Virus record (IMG/VR): IMGVR_UViG_3300028048_002585
Strand: one strand, 5' to 3'
Length of the DNA stretch: 64,000 nt
Origin: an uncultured virus (IMG/VR IMGVR_UViG_3300028048_002585)
Taxonomy: Duplodnaviria > Heunggongvirae > Uroviricota > Caudoviricetes
Part shown: piece by piece, positions 1 through 9,978 of the stretch
Numbering within the stretch: the stretch's first letter is position 1
Layout: every line of letters starts with the position of its first letter
Notes under the pieces: generated by a model
Databases searched by the model: none
What the model was told of the DNA's origin: nothing
The model's input: the letters and a program-made list of their open reading frames with translations, nothing else
Translations under genes and position numbers: made by a program

Positions 1-177
1 TGCTTGGAGCAAAGGCGGATCTACAAGTGTAGAGAATTGTCAAATGCTATGCAAAACACATAATGCATCTAAAGGAAATAGATAGTTGTATAAGTTATAA
101 AACAATAAATTAATTAGAATAATTTAGAAAAGATTGTGAGACTATGTAATATAAATAGAGAAGTAAGATGTAAGATG

Positions 178-207
178 AATCAGCTTGAGAAATCAGGCTG
201 ATTTTTT
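178..207 (+). terminator. Rho-independent terminator of an upstream gene
   Basis: AATCAGC...GCTGATT stem followed by a T-tract. Confidence 0.7.
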
Positions 208-230
208 ATTTGCTGTTGTTAAAATCATTA

Positions 231-259
231 TTGTTATATACGTCAATATAAACTAAAAT
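231..259 (+). promoter_or_regulatory. sigmaA-type promoter with conserved operator (class B)
   Basis: TTGTTA-17 nt (TATACGTCAATATAAAC)-TAAAAT. Confidence 0.75.
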
Positions 260-310
260 AATATTATAAAGATGATTCGAATTTTATTATAAACGAATGG
301 AGGATAGGGT

Positions 311-625
311 ATGAAGAAGAAAATAACCGATCGCCTCAGCTTTATACTTACCGAGGCGGACATGAAGAGACTTAAGGTTGAGGAAAAGGATATCCTTAAG
401 ATCACTGCTGATGTTCATGGAATGAAGGTTGTGCAGGCTAAAAAGTTCATAAATAACATAATCAATATAGTTCATTCGGCGTTTGAGATGATCGTAATCC
501 ATGGATATAATCACGGCGTCGCAATTAAAAATATGCTCGCGGAGCAGCTCTGTAATGAGCATATAGAGGAGAAATACCCGGATGAAGTAAATATGGGTAT
601 AACTCATATACTCATATCGTTATAA
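311..625 (+). CDS. hypothetical protein
   Basis: GGAGG RBS; first gene after the class B promoter. Confidence 0.75.
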   Translation: MKKKITDRLSFILTEADMKRLKVEEKDILKITADVHGMKVVQAKKFINNIINIVHSAFEMIVIHGYNHGVAIKNMLAEQLCNEHIEEKYPDEVNMGITHILISL

Positions 626-655
626 CCGGATAATATGAATTGGAGGAGATAGTAT

Positions 656-868
656 ATGGTGTTCAGTAAAGAAAAAATGATTGAAAGACTTAAAAAGAGC
701 GGAAGAGGGGCAGAAATAACTGCTGATATAGTGGCTATCATGGACGATCTTGATGGTCAGGAAGCAACATCCAGCTGTTGGGACAGATGGGTAAAGGGAG
801 AACCGGTGCTCTGGGTAATCGGAAAGTCCGGTGAAGGCCAGTATGTTAATGAGAATGATTGCGTATAA
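656..868 (+). CDS. hypothetical protein
   Basis: GGAGGAG RBS, operon spacing. Confidence 0.8.
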   Translation: MVFSKEKMIERLKKSGRGAEITADIVAIMDDLDGQEATSSCWDRWVKGEPVLWVIGKSGEGQYVNENDCV

Positions 869-884
869 GTATAACGAGGGTGAT

Positions 885-1100
885 ATGAATGAGATGGTAA
901 TTTGTGGGGAAAAGCTTAAGATAGGCGACAGAATACGAGTTGTAAGTCAGTGGCCGTATATGCGCACTCCCAAGTGGGCTGCGGGATATAAGGGAACTAT
1001 CGTGAGATTCAATAAGTACACCATCTCTGTCAAATTGGACGATTTCCCTAATGAGATATGTAGAATTGATTATGGAGACTGGGAAAAGATAGATATGTAA
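885..1100 (+). CDS. hypothetical protein, SH3/KOW-like beta fold (LKIGDRIRVV...GTIV)
   Basis: Start moved to ATG 885 after RBS GAGGGTG. Confidence 0.7.
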   Translation: MNEMVICGEKLKIGDRIRVVSQWPYMRTPKWAAGYKGTIVRFNKYTISVKLDDFPNEICRIDYGDWEKIDM

Positions 1101-1106
1101 AGGAGA

Positions 1107-1337
1107 ATGGCCATGTATACAGAAGAACAGAGAAAAGATGCGTGGAGCATCGCTATAGAGCTCGTAGGATGTTTTGAGGATCTGCTAGATGAAAAGAATA
1201 TAAAGATACCCTGTAGTGATTCAATAGAAGAAAATGACCGACAAGGCGGAAATAACGACGCTAAGCTGTATGGTACGGAATATTACAAGCTTGTTGAGGA
1301 AGTACAGAACACATTGCTTGATAGATTTTATAAATAA
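1107..1337 (+). CDS. hypothetical protein
   Basis: AAGGAG RBS, operon spacing. Confidence 0.8.
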   Translation: MAMYTEEQRKDAWSIAIELVGCFEDLLDEKNIKIPCSDSIEENDRQGGNNDAKLYGTEYYKLVEEVQNTLLDRFYK

Positions 1338-1350
1338 GGGAGGAATTATT

Positions 1351-1713
1351 ATGAGTATACCTCTGGGATATATTAATAATGAGCAGTTACAGGATATTAG
1401 GGGAAAACGGGTCCGATTCCGGGATCTGCAGCAGTATGTGGGCAAGAAGGTTCTTCTTGAGATGCCACGCGAGTCTGCTATCGATTATAGGGTGGTAAGG
1501 ATTACATGGTTTCTTCCAGATGTAGAAGGTGTGTACGATGCATTTACTTTAGACGAAATTGGAAGGACTGATAAGGCAGGTATCAGTATTAAGGATGGAA
1601 GAAAAGAGCATGGTTCCATTAGTGAGCTTTATACTAATGGCGGCAGATGGGACGATGATTCAATTCCTTACCGGGAAACAGTGTATGAGATAAAAGGAGA
1701 AAGCTATGAATGA
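1351..1713 (+). CDS. hypothetical protein
   Basis: Start moved to ATG 1351 after GGAGG RBS. Confidence 0.75.
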   Translation: MSIPLGYINNEQLQDIRGKRVRFRDLQQYVGKKVLLEMPRESAIDYRVVRITWFLPDVEGVYDAFTLDEIGRTDKAGISIKDGRKEHGSISELYTNGGRWDDDSIPYRETVYEIKGESYE

Positions 1714-1761
1714 CACTTCGGGAAGGAAATCATTTGCGGTGATCTTTAATAATGTATAAGC

Positions 1762-1800
1762 AAAAATCCTTACAGATTTTCATTATCTGTGAGGATTTTT
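1762..1800 (+). terminator. Rho-independent terminator
   Basis: AAAAATCCTTACAGAT...ATCTGTGAGGATTTTT hairpin. Confidence 0.75.
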
Positions 1801-1820
1801 ATTATGTATAAATTTTGTTA

Positions 1821-1849
1821 TTGTTATATACGTCAATATAATTTAAAAT
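1821..1849 (+). promoter_or_regulatory. sigmaA-type promoter with conserved operator (class B)
   Basis: TTGTTA-TATACGTCAATATAATT-TAAAAT, near-identical to 231..259. Confidence 0.75.
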
Positions 1850-1896
1850 AATATTATAAGATGTAGAAAAGATGCGAGATGGGGAGGCACTGAAAA

Positions 1897-2046
1897 ATGA
1901 AAAATTATTGTGTCGTATATCTTAGTCCGGGCGGAATGCATTATCGATATAGGTGTACTGCCAATAGCAAGAAAGAGGCAAGACGAATATGTCGGAACAG
2001 TATCGGAGTTGGAAGTAAGGATATTATTGATGTGTATGAGGAGTAA
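1897..2046 (+). CDS. small hypothetical protein (49 aa, MKNYCVVYLSPGG...), absent from the ORF track
   Basis: Read manually; GGAGG RBS, ATG 1897, TAA 2044-2046. Confidence 0.65.
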   Translation: MKNYCVVYLSPGGMHYRYRCTANSKKEARRICRNSIGVGSKDIIDVYEE

Positions 2047-2075
2047 GCACCGAATTCCGGGAAAAGGAGAAAATT

Positions 2076-2435
2076 GTGGAAAAAGAAGTGACCATGATAA
2101 TCAAAGTCCCTGCGGATCAGCTGACAAATTTCAGATTATTCACTGTGACAAGGGGAGGAGCGGTAGTAGATGTAAGAACTGAAGAAGGAAGATCAGAACA
2201 TCTTACATTCAAAACCAAAGAAGAATATGTTGAGCTTTACGAAAACAGAAAGGATTTTCTGAATGATATATTTGATGAAACTGCAACTGCTGAGGAAGTG
2301 GCCGGTTTCTTCATATATCACGAAGGAGACGATGCCCTTAATAAGCTTTTGGAGTATCTGAACGGAGAAGACGGAGACAATGTTGAGAAAGAAGCTGTAA
2401 GGATTCTGAAAACTCTATACGGACAGGAGAGATGA
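2076..2435 (+). CDS. hypothetical protein
   Basis: AAGGAG RBS, GTG start, ATGA overlap with next gene. Confidence 0.75.
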   Translation: MEKEVTMIIKVPADQLTNFRLFTVTRGGAVVDVRTEEGRSEHLTFKTKEEYVELYENRKDFLNDIFDETATAEEVAGFFIYHEGDDALNKLLEYLNGEDGDNVEKEAVRILKTLYGQER

Positions 2436-2908
2436 CGTTGGAACATGCTATAAAAATGCCACAATTTGATAAGTCATTGTTAATAGGAATAAAGGGACTC
2501 GATGAGATAATCCCGCTCCTTCCGAGATATAAAGTAACTTTTAAAAATCCGGTATTCAGTCTTCCGTTTAAGGCTAAGGCAAAGATATGTGTATATGTTG
2601 GTTACTGGCACAGTCTTGATGGATGGAATTACAAAGACGAAGAGATAGAGAGCTATGAGTATATAGGAGAGTATGACGATTCATGTAATCCGATTAAGTT
2701 TCCGGATAAACCGTATCCGTACAGGGCAGGATGCATGAGACATTGCGATATATGTTTTGGCTCTGTGGAATGTCTCAGAAGACGTGGGGCTGAATATGAC
2801 GAGGAAAAGGGTGTATTCATTACGAACAGCAAGGGAAATCTCGTCAGTACCGGACACCGCTCCTGCGACAAGGGTATCAACGGTATGTCTTACATCAGAG
2901 AGGAATAA
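2432..2908 (+). CDS. hypothetical Cys-rich protein
   Basis: Translational coupling; CxxC motif. Confidence 0.75.
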   Translation: MTLEHAIKMPQFDKSLLIGIKGLDEIIPLLPRYKVTFKNPVFSLPFKAKAKICVYVGYWHSLDGWNYKDEEIESYEYIGEYDDSCNPIKFPDKPYPYRAGCMRHCDICFGSVECLRRRGAEYDEEKGVFITNSKGNLVSTGHRSCDKGINGMSYIREE

Positions 2909-2911
2909 ATT

Positions 2912-3202
2912 ATGGCCAAAATAACAGTTTCAAAAGAACATGATTATCTCGGAAATCCGATGATTGTGCTCAGGAAGAAAAAAGGGAAAATAAATATGAA
3001 AGAGGCTTATGAAGCGCTTGAGTCCGAGCAGATACACGGACAGTTTCTTCTCTGTGTCCCAGCTCCCGAAGATGTGCCTGTTGAACTTTATGAAGAGGGC
3101 GATACATGGGAGATTTATGAAGTAGATACCCTTCTTGATGCAAAAGCGGAAGAGAAGTTTAATGAAGGCTATGAAGCCTGTATGAGAGATAATAAGCTGT
3201 AA
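2912..3202 (+). CDS. hypothetical protein
   Basis: RBS, operon spacing. Confidence 0.75.
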   Translation: MAKITVSKEHDYLGNPMIVLRKKKGKINMKEAYEALESEQIHGQFLLCVPAPEDVPVELYEEGDTWEIYEVDTLLDAKAEEKFNEGYEACMRDNKL

Positions 3203-3214
3203 AGGAGAGAAATA

Positions 3215-3751
3215 ATGAGTGAAAATTTTAAAGATATTATCCTTGTCAGAGACGTTGAAAGTGCAGAAAAAGAGGCAAGGGAGCTGAAGAAAGCCACAAG
3301 TAAGGCCCAATCTCTTATAAGAGATGCAAAGGCAAGATATATAAAGTCAAAGACACATGCGAGAAGCAAAAAGGTTGCTGAAGAAAAAAGTGCAGTATTG
3401 CAGGCACCTAGATACAAAGTCCTTGAAATGTACGACAGGCGTGAGGATATACAGGAAGCTTACGGATGTGACTGTATTACGAGTTCGGAGAGAGACAGGC
3501 TTGAAGATCTCTGGGACGAAAGAGAAGAGGTTCTGAAAAATACCGGAGAAGACGGTGTATACAGTGATCTTGTAACTCAGGCGCTTGAAGCTGCTGAAAA
3601 TGCTGTTGTTGATCTGTGGTTTGATCAGATATACGATGCCGAACAGCTTCGGAAGGAGTTCGATAAGCAAGTATTGGATGCAGAAGAAGAATATAAAGAG
3701 TGGAAAAGGAAACAGGACAGGGAATACGAGAAGATAATAAGTAATATGTGA
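3215..3751 (+). CDS. hypothetical coiled-coil protein
   Basis: AAGGAG RBS; E/K-rich helical sequence. Confidence 0.8.
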   Translation: MSENFKDIILVRDVESAEKEARELKKATSKAQSLIRDAKARYIKSKTHARSKKVAEEKSAVLQAPRYKVLEMYDRREDIQEAYGCDCITSSERDRLEDLWDEREEVLKNTGEDGVYSDLVTQALEAAENAVVDLWFDQIYDAEQLRKEFDKQVLDAEEEYKEWKRKQDREYEKIISNM

Positions 3752-3767
3752 AGAAAGGACATGAGAG

Positions 3768-4013
3768 ATGAGAGGAACAAAGTTGCCGGTACAGACAGAA
3801 GAAGTAATGAAAGAAAACGGAAAGATGGGCAAGGTCATATTTAACAGCTACGTTGCCCTGCTTACGGAAAAAGGTGGTTCGGAGGTAAAGGCTGTAAGGA
3901 TCCATACAGATAAGAAGAAGGGAAATGATCTTACTAAAGAAATTGCTGAAAAGTATCCGGATTGGAATATCAAGGGTGTGTGGAGACTTTATGACTTTGA
4001 TTTTGAGGGATAG
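3768..4013 (+). CDS. hypothetical protein
   Basis: Operon spacing; start uncertain. Confidence 0.65.
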   Translation: MRGTKLPVQTEEVMKENGKMGKVIFNSYVALLTEKGGSEVKAVRIHTDKKKGNDLTKEIAEKYPDWNIKGVWRLYDFDFEG

Positions 4014-4016
4014 CTT

Positions 4017-4319
4017 ATGGATATAAAAATAGGTGACAGATGCTATATCATTGCCGAAAATTTTGGCTATAGGGGAATAGGATACCATTACGAGATCCTT
4101 GAAGGAACTATAAGAAATGTTCCAAGAGGGAACCTTCACGAATATGATATCGTCAGTGCCGGAAGAATTTTCGGAAGAAAAAGAAAAGGAGTATATCTTA
4201 ATTACGATGATGCCTTATCTGTCATTGAAAAAATGGCTAACGATTATGACAGAAAATGGGAGAGGCTTATGGGTCAGAAAATGGACAGACCGTGGCGGAG
4301 TAATGAAGACGATGGTTAA
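4017..4319 (+). CDS. hypothetical protein
   Basis: RBS, operon spacing. Confidence 0.75.
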   Translation: MDIKIGDRCYIIAENFGYRGIGYHYEILEGTIRNVPRGNLHEYDIVSAGRIFGRKRKGVYLNYDDALSVIEKMANDYDRKWERLMGQKMDRPWRSNEDDG

Positions 4320-4330
4320 GAGAGGTTCAT

Positions 4331-4543
4331 ATGGAGATAGTAAAATGCTGCCAAAACTGCAAATGGCTAGGTGAATTCCCTAAAAAGAATTCTTATAAAG
4401 ACGTTGAATATGTCTGCATCCGAAGCGGAATGTCTTTCTGTAAGGCTGATCTAAAGAAGGATCTGACTAAATATGGATTCACACAGCAATGGACAAGAGA
4501 TAAGTGTAGCTTTGAGCCTAAAAACAATTTTATAGAGGTGTAA
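4331..4543 (+). CDS. small Cys-rich phage-like protein
   Basis: CCQNCKW...C...C pattern; GAGG RBS. Confidence 0.7.
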   Translation: MEIVKCCQNCKWLGEFPKKNSYKDVEYVCIRSGMSFCKADLKKDLTKYGFTQQWTRDKCSFEPKNNFIEV

Positions 4544-4555
4544 AATTTGATATAA

Positions 4556-4592
4556 ACAGGAGGTTTCCTTGTTTGGGGAGCTTCCTGTTTTT
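4556..4592 (+). terminator. Rho-independent terminator
   Basis: ACAGGAGG...CTTCCTGTTTTT hairpin. Confidence 0.7.
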
Positions 4593-4606
4593 AATATTAT
4601 TTATTA

Positions 4607-4635
4607 TTGATATATACGTCAACATATATTATAAT
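4607..4635 (+). promoter_or_regulatory. sigmaA-type promoter with conserved operator (class B)
   Basis: TTGATA-TATACGTCAACATATAT-TATAAT. Confidence 0.75.
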
Positions 4636-4678
4636 AAATTTATAAGATAACAGTAACAGATATAATCATAGGAGATTA

Positions 4679-5050
4679 TTGATGAGAAATAATATGACAC
4701 TATTTTCGTTTGATGATATACCGATACTTCTTCAGTATTTATACATGTCTGAAGAGCATAAGATACTTATCCATAATGCGATCAATGTACCCCTGGAGAT
4801 TTTTATCGTTACTGATGAGAAGAACAATATTTCATTCGGGTGCAGGAACCTTAATTTCCCAGAGCTTCCTCCTATGAATTATACAGATGACGCTCATCCT
4901 GAGACGCTTCTCAGAATAATAAGTCAGCTAAAAAAGGAGAAAGCAGTGCAGTTTCCTCAAAGATTTGACAACCGCTGGGAGGAAATAAAAGAAATAACGC
5001 TCACAAACTTATCACTCAACAAGCTTTATTACGAAAGAAGTGTGAGGTGA
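4679..5050 (+). CDS. hypothetical protein
   Basis: AGGAG RBS after the class B promoter. Confidence 0.75.
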   Translation: MMRNNMTLFSFDDIPILLQYLYMSEEHKILIHNAINVPLEIFIVTDEKNNISFGCRNLNFPELPPMNYTDDAHPETLLRIISQLKKEKAVQFPQRFDNRWEEIKEITLTNLSLNKLYYERSVR

Positions 5051-5097
5051 ACGTAAGGCTTTTATAAAGAAGTTAATGAAATGGTGGGAGAAAGCTT

Positions 5098-5391
5098 ATG
5101 AATAAGATAAACGATATTTTATACAAGATACATAAGACAAGTTACTACTTCTCCGTGGGGGCATTTACTTCATATGGATTTTCAGCTCTGACGTTCGGAA
5201 TTTGTATCTGTCTTGTTTTTGTAACAGGTGCTTATACCGAATCCATAATGCTTCTTTTTATGGGATTTTTTGGACCTTTTGTAGAAGCTAAGGCGATTGT
5301 TGAAGTGTATAAGGAAGGAAAGAAATTAGTAAAGAAAAGAAGAAGGAAAATTGAGAGAATGAAATATGCTGAACACGGAAAGTATGCGTAG
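5098..5391 (+). CDS. small membrane protein
   Basis: Two hydrophobic segments and a basic tail. Confidence 0.7.
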   Translation: MNKINDILYKIHKTSYYFSVGAFTSYGFSALTFGICICLVFVTGAYTESIMLLFMGFFGPFVEAKAIVEVYKEGKKLVKKRRRKIERMKYAEHGKYA

Positions 5392-5598
5392 AATTTAATG
5401 CTGTATGATGGAGCTCTGATTACTTAAGGGTGTCAGAGCTTTTTTTGTTGTCTATATGCCCAAATCTCATCTTGGTGTTTTTTCTTTCATTCTTATTATA
5501 GAGATAAGCGCGACTGATTTATTTTGGAATAAAAAAAATATCCAACAATACATATACAGAGGGCTTACCTCTAAATTAATTAAAGGAGGTATACGATT

Positions 5599-6075
5599 AT
5601 GTATACGATTATTGTCGATGGCAATGGAACAGGTTATGAAGAGCTGTTGTGGGAGCTCGGTTTTGAACAGATTGGAGAAGTGATGGTACTTCGGACGACA
5701 CGTCGGGAAGCTCAGAAGACATCGGAAGTTCTTGATTCAGAGGGAATATTCTATTGTATTGAGAATGAAGAAAGCTTTGATGATGAAGAGGAATGGAGTG
5801 ACATATGTGATCAGGTACTTCTTAGGATCGAATGCGATTCAAGTCGAGGAAAGAAAAATCTTCTTGATCAGATGCTGCATAAGACCGGTTTTGAATCAAT
5901 TAATGGCTATTGGGTCGGTAGGTGCTGGATGATGATCAATCCGAGTTCGTATATCAGTGGAAATGATGTCATGAATAAAATTGATAAGTTTCTTTGTGAA
6001 GAACTCCGGGAAAAGTTCAGCCTTGTTAAAGTGACAATGGATCTACCTTTCGAGGTCATCATCTGGGTTAATTAA
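5599..6075 (+). CDS. hypothetical acidic protein
   Basis: AAGGAGG RBS. Confidence 0.8.
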   Translation: MYTIIVDGNGTGYEELLWELGFEQIGEVMVLRTTRREAQKTSEVLDSEGIFYCIENEESFDDEEEWSDICDQVLLRIECDSSRGKKNLLDQMLHKTGFESINGYWVGRCWMMINPSSYISGNDVMNKIDKFLCEELREKFSLVKVTMDLPFEVIIWVN

Positions 6076-6132
6076 TAAGAGAGAGGGTGTATATCCATTG
6101 TGATATGCACCCTTAATAACTCAACAATTCCT

Positions 6133-7164
6133 CTATTCCGGTTTTACTATATTTCGAGCAGCCTTTTTCCTTTCCTCACTCATACGGGCATAGTGCCTGC
6201 GCGTGGTGTCTGTGGAGGCGTGTCCAAGCGTTTCGCTGACTAAATAGAGGTCTGAGCTTGATTCATAGAGCCTCGTACCGAAGGTTCGTCTTAGGGAATG
6301 AGGAGTTGTCCTACTTCCCAGACCGCTTTCCGTCGCGTATTTCTTTACCAAGAGCTCTACGGTCCTGACTCCGATTCTTTTTCTCTGTGAAGAGAGGAAG
6401 AGAGCTTCTTCGTGACCTTCGAGTGGATACTGATGTTTTCTGTATTCTAGGTAATCTCTCAGGTATTCCGTCAGTTCATCGCTGTAGTAGACTATGTCTT
6501 CCTTGTTTCCCTTTCTTGTCACTTTCATAGAATGATTCTTGAGGCTTATATCTTTTATATTCAGCCCGACAAGCTCAGATACACGGATACCGGTTCCTAG
6601 GAAAACAAGTAGGATAGTAGTGTCCCTCTGCCCATATAGATCGTGATATTGCTTTCTTTTTCCGGTAAGGTTGTTACCTGATTCTGCGGCTTCCAGTAGT
6701 TTAGCTGATTCTTCTTCATCTATTATAGATATCTGTTTCTTTTTAACCTTTGGAACTTTGACCTTTAACGATGGATTATGAGCAATCATATCCATCTTGA
6801 ACAGATAGTTATAAAGTCCACGAATGGAAGAGAGAACTCTTCTCTGAGAAACTTTTTCATTGCTGATCACGGTACCGGCTTTGGCATATTGTTCGAGATA
6901 AAGCAGATAATCGTTGATTTCATCCGGTGTTAAACCGTCCATTATGGTGAGCTCTATATTTTTTATGTCATCTATATCTTTTATATCGGCTATATATTCC
7001 AAGAAACCGTACAGATCACGCATATATTTTAACCGGGTGCTGCTTTCTGTAGATGGATTGATAAAATTGATATATTTACCGATGTATTCGGGAAATTCTT
7101 TTTTGAATTCTTTGATCTTTTCTTTGTTTTTTTTGTCTTCTTCCTGTCTATATGTTTTTTCCAT
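6133..7164 (-). CDS. XerC/XerD-like tyrosine recombinase
   Basis: Catalytic pattern TGIRVSEL, TRKGNK, HSLRR, LGH...HY; N-terminal core-binding region. Confidence 0.93.
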   Translation of the reverse strand: MEKTYRQEEDKKNKEKIKEFKKEFPEYIGKYINFINPSTESSTRLKYMRDLYGFLEYIADIKDIDDIKNIELTIMDGLTPDEINDYLLYLEQYAKAGTVISNEKVSQRRVLSSIRGLYNYLFKMDMIAHNPSLKVKVPKVKKKQISIIDEEESAKLLEAAESGNNLTGKRKQYHDLYGQRDTTILLVFLGTGIRVSELVGLNIKDISLKNHSMKVTRKGNKEDIVYYSDELTEYLRDYLEYRKHQYPLEGHEEALFLSSQRKRIGVRTVELLVKKYATESGLGSRTTPHSLRRTFGTRLYESSSDLYLVSETLGHASTDTTRRHYARMSEERKKAARNIVKPE

Positions 7165-7615
7165 ATGATTCTCCTGTAGAAACTGGTTTCAGTTCCTTTA
7201 ATATTTTCAGAGTTTTTTCGTCCTTTTCACCGTTGTAGAATTTGTCTAAAACTTTGCGGAAAACCTCTTCTGATGGATCGGCTTCTGAAAAGAGTGTCAT
7301 TGAAGAGCATAGTTTCAGATTATCCGGGTATCCAAGTAATTCAGTTGCATCATTTTTTTCCAGCTTAAGAAGTATGTTGCATAATTCCCGGAGATTCTTT
7401 CCAAGATATGCATGATTTAAATATGCTTTTGCCTCAGCCAGACTTTTGATGGAATATTTCCTCGATGTGGAGGTCATGCCAAGCCCTTCAATCTGTGGAA
7501 ATATCCACCACATCCAGTGTGTACGTTTTTTTCCCTGGGAAAGTTCCATATATGCAGCACTGTAATCACGGGTTTGTTCCTTTACAAATCTCTGCAGGTT
7601 ATACGTGTCGTTCAT
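7148..7615 (-). CDS. DUF1810 family protein
   Basis: LQRFV...GKKRTHWMWWIFPQIEGLG...SLAEAKAYL signature. Confidence 0.88.
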   Translation of the reverse strand: MNDTYNLQRFVKEQTRDYSAAYMELSQGKKRTHWMWWIFPQIEGLGMTSTSRKYSIKSLAEAKAYLNHAYLGKNLRELCNILLKLEKNDATELLGYPDNLKLCSSMTLFSEADPSEEVFRKVLDKFYNGEKDEKTLKILKELKPVSTGESYGKNI

Positions 7616-7917
7616 ATTAATTTCCTTTGATATTCATTCTTCTGAAGATTGCAGAATCATATAATTGCCGTAAGGCAATTAATAGGATATCTGTATATTT
7701 TGAGAAAATGTAAATTATGGTCAATTTATAAAAATATTATATATTGTGGCATTTAATATGTCAATCTTTTCGGTAAACGTACATTTCCCGAAAAGATATA
7801 GACCACAAATTACGCCCTCTCCTTCGTCTTTTTTTCTTTTTCTTTTCAAAAAAAACAAAGAAAATCCGCCCTGGCGGGCGGAATGTTTTATGATTTACGT
7901 ATTCATTCATAATATGA

Positions 7918-8874
7918 TCATCTGTCAAATTTTACGTTATCGATTGTTGCAGATCTGTCATCGGTGTTTGATCTTGATAATTCTTTTGCCTGTCTGATAG
8001 CTTCCTTTAGATCGATGAATCTTTTCTTATTATTTTCTAATTCCTGTTTGATCCATTTGTCTGTCCCTATGGAGTCTATTTCATTCAGAAGTTCCGGAGA
8101 AACAAATTGTAATGCGATTTCATTCTGCTGTACAGCTGCAAGAACTACATCTTTATCATTACGGAGCTCTTCCGAGGCATACTTTAGCGGATAGCCACCG
8201 TCATGTACCGCAGCCAGAACTATCTCCTTATCATCTTTGAGTTTATCAGATGCATATTGAAGAGCTGCTCCATTTGCACATACCGCTGTCAAAACTATAT
8301 CCCTGTCGGCCTGAAGCCTTTCAGAAGCAAATTCGAGATTGTAGCCATTGTCCTTTACTGCTTCGAAGACTATTTCTTTATCATCCTGAAGTCTGTCAGA
8401 TGCAAACTGCAATGCTTTGCAATTCTCCGATACTGCGGCATAAACTATATCTCTGTCATTACGCATTTCCTCGGAGGCCCGTTCCAGTACGAGGCCGTTA
8501 CGCTCTATTGCTTCTAATACTACTTCTCTGTCATTTTTCAGTCTGCCTGAAGCGTATTCAAGGAGATACGGTACTTTACGCACCGCTATCAGAACAGCTT
8601 CTTTATTGTTATCAAGTGCAACATTGTCATTATTAAGCCTGTGATCGATAACTCTCAGTAAATTTGGCTTCTGATCTATCGCTGCCAGGAGAATATCGTT
8701 ATCTCTGCGGAGATTATTTGAGACAGGAATATGAAGAACTACGGATCCGTTTGACTGTGCTGCTTCAAGGATGAATTCCTTATCATTCTGTAATTCTTCG
8801 GATACATATTGCAGGTTGGATGCATTTTTTGTCACTGCTTCCAGAGCTTCCTTTCTGTCGGTATATTTTTTCAC
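7918..8874 (-). CDS. DUF4116 helical-repeat protein with shared C-terminal tail motif
   Basis: Tandem ~25 aa repeats ALQYASDxLxDDKEIVLAAV. Confidence 0.88.
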   Translation of the reverse strand: MKKYTDRKEALEAVTKNASNLQYVSEELQNDKEFILEAAQSNGSVVLHIPVSNNLRRDNDILLAAIDQKPNLLRVIDHRLNNDNVALDNNKEAVLIAVRKVPYLLEYASGRLKNDREVVLEAIERNGLVLERASEEMRNDRDIVYAAVSENCKALQFASDRLQDDKEIVFEAVKDNGYNLEFASERLQADRDIVLTAVCANGAALQYASDKLKDDKEIVLAAVHDGGYPLKYASEELRNDKDVVLAAVQQNEIALQFVSPELLNEIDSIGTDKWIKQELENNKKRFIDLKEAIRQAKELSRSNTDDRSATIDNVKFDR

Positions 8875-8926
8875 TGTGATTTCCTCCTTTTTCAGAATGT
8901 TTTTCTGTAAAACATTTACTTATATA

Positions 8927-8996
8927 TATTATGTATAAATACCGACCGGATATAAAAAAAGAGCCGATACAAAATGTACCGACTCGATTTTTTTTA
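8927..8996 (-). promoter_or_regulatory. Terminator plus class A promoter module
   Basis: Minus strand: GAGTCGGTAC-ATTTT-GTATCGGCTC-T7, then TTATACATAATA (8927-8938). Confidence 0.75.
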
Positions 8997-8997
8997 T

Positions 8998-9330
8998 TTA
9001 CTTTTCAATACCGCACTTAGGACATTTCTGTGGGAGCGGTGTTTTGTCTATTGTAAGCTGTAATTTTAATCCACAATTCTTACAATAATAATACTCGAAC
9101 CATCCGTCATGCCAGATATCCCATACAGGTTCTTTCTCAGGGCTTCTCTTTTCATTTTCGTCTGCTTCTCCGATAACGTCTACTTCCCATTTTTTATCGT
9201 TATCATCGTCTGATCTGAAACAATCCACATCCATATTCTCTGCTATTTCGAGGGCTTCTTCCTCATTTTCAGCCTCTACTACAGCATATGAATATACAGT
9301 CGAAATAGCTCTTACCTTATATTTTTTCAT
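8998..9330 (-). CDS. hypothetical protein with C-terminal zinc ribbon
   Basis: VEAENEEEALEIAE phage-type motif; CKNCG...CPKCG. Confidence 0.8.
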   Translation of the reverse strand: MKKYKVRAISTVYSYAVVEAENEEEALEIAENMDVDCFRSDDDNDKKWEVDVIGEADENEKRSPEKEPVWDIWHDGWFEYYYCKNCGLKLQLTIDKTPLPQKCPKCGIEK

Positions 9331-9343
9331 AGTTGTCTCCTTT

Positions 9344-9661
9344 CTAATTCCAGCTGTTTAGTTCTCGCTGAAATGTTTCATTGTAGTAATCCGAATCCTT
9401 ACCATGAGATGTAAGGATATAACCGTCTTGACGCATAGTCTTTCCGGTTTCGATGTCCATGTACTCTTCAGAGACTTCCTGAATAAGCTTATCTCTTAAA
9501 AGATCGTTCAGAGCTGTCTTTACACTCTTTTCATCTTCTTTTGTCTGCCTTACCAACCCGTTCACCGTTGATGAGAACGGAAAATAGCATTCTGTCGGGT
9601 AAGTATTTAGACAGGCTTCCCGATCACAGATGTGACGGAAAATTCTTTCCTTTAGTTTCAT
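9344..9661 (-). CDS. hypothetical protein, possible winged helix
   Basis: Start moved to ATG 9661 after AAGGAGG RBS. Confidence 0.7.
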   Translation of the reverse strand: MKLKERIFRHICDREACLNTYPTECYFPFSSTVNGLVRQTKEDEKSVKTALNDLLRDKLIQEVSEEYMDIETGKTMRQDGYILTSHGKDSDYYNETFQRELNSWN

Positions 9662-9682
9662 ATTGTTATCCTCCTTTCTACG

Positions 9683-9770
9683 TGTCAATAATTTCAAAAA
9701 TATTATGTATAAATTGGAGATCCATAAAAAAAGAACCATCCTTGTATATAAAGGATGGCTCAATTTTTTA
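9683..9770 (-). promoter_or_regulatory. Terminator plus class A promoter module with extended leader
   Basis: Hairpin+T7, TTATACATAATA (9701-9712), TGAAATTATTGACA. Confidence 0.75.
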
Positions 9771-9783
9771 GGTTGAACTTCTA

Positions 9784-9978
9784 TTACTGACCGCTATTCA
9801 TGTGATCGGCCCGATCAGCTGCATAGTGCAGGGAGAATATAGCTCCGATGATCGTATATAGCAGATATATTTCTGCAAATTTTAATTCGCTGCCTATAAA
9901 TGCTGTTATTGACAGCGTTGCCATTATTATAGTGATAATGATACTTACCACAAGGCGTTTTGGGACATTATTTTTCAT
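9784..9978 (-). CDS. small two-TM membrane protein
   Basis: Hydrophobic segments; start moved to 9978. Confidence 0.65.
   Translation of the reverse strand: MKNNVPKRLVVSIIITIIMATLSITAFIGSELKFAEIYLLYTIIGAIFSLHYAADRADHMNSGQ

Noticed and set aside
1800..1811. Additional TTATACATAATA copy on the minus strand
   Set aside because: It has no downstream co-oriented gene and points into a terminator. It may be chance or an antisense promoter, and is not counted among the 19.
1910..2182. ORF-track 90 aa protein
   Set aside because: It overlaps two better-supported genes with RBSs (1897-2046 and 2076-2435).
9683..9688. TTGACA in the class A leader as a sigmaA -35 box
   Set aside because: It lies just upstream of the RBS, so a -10 box 17 nt later would fall at or near the start codon.
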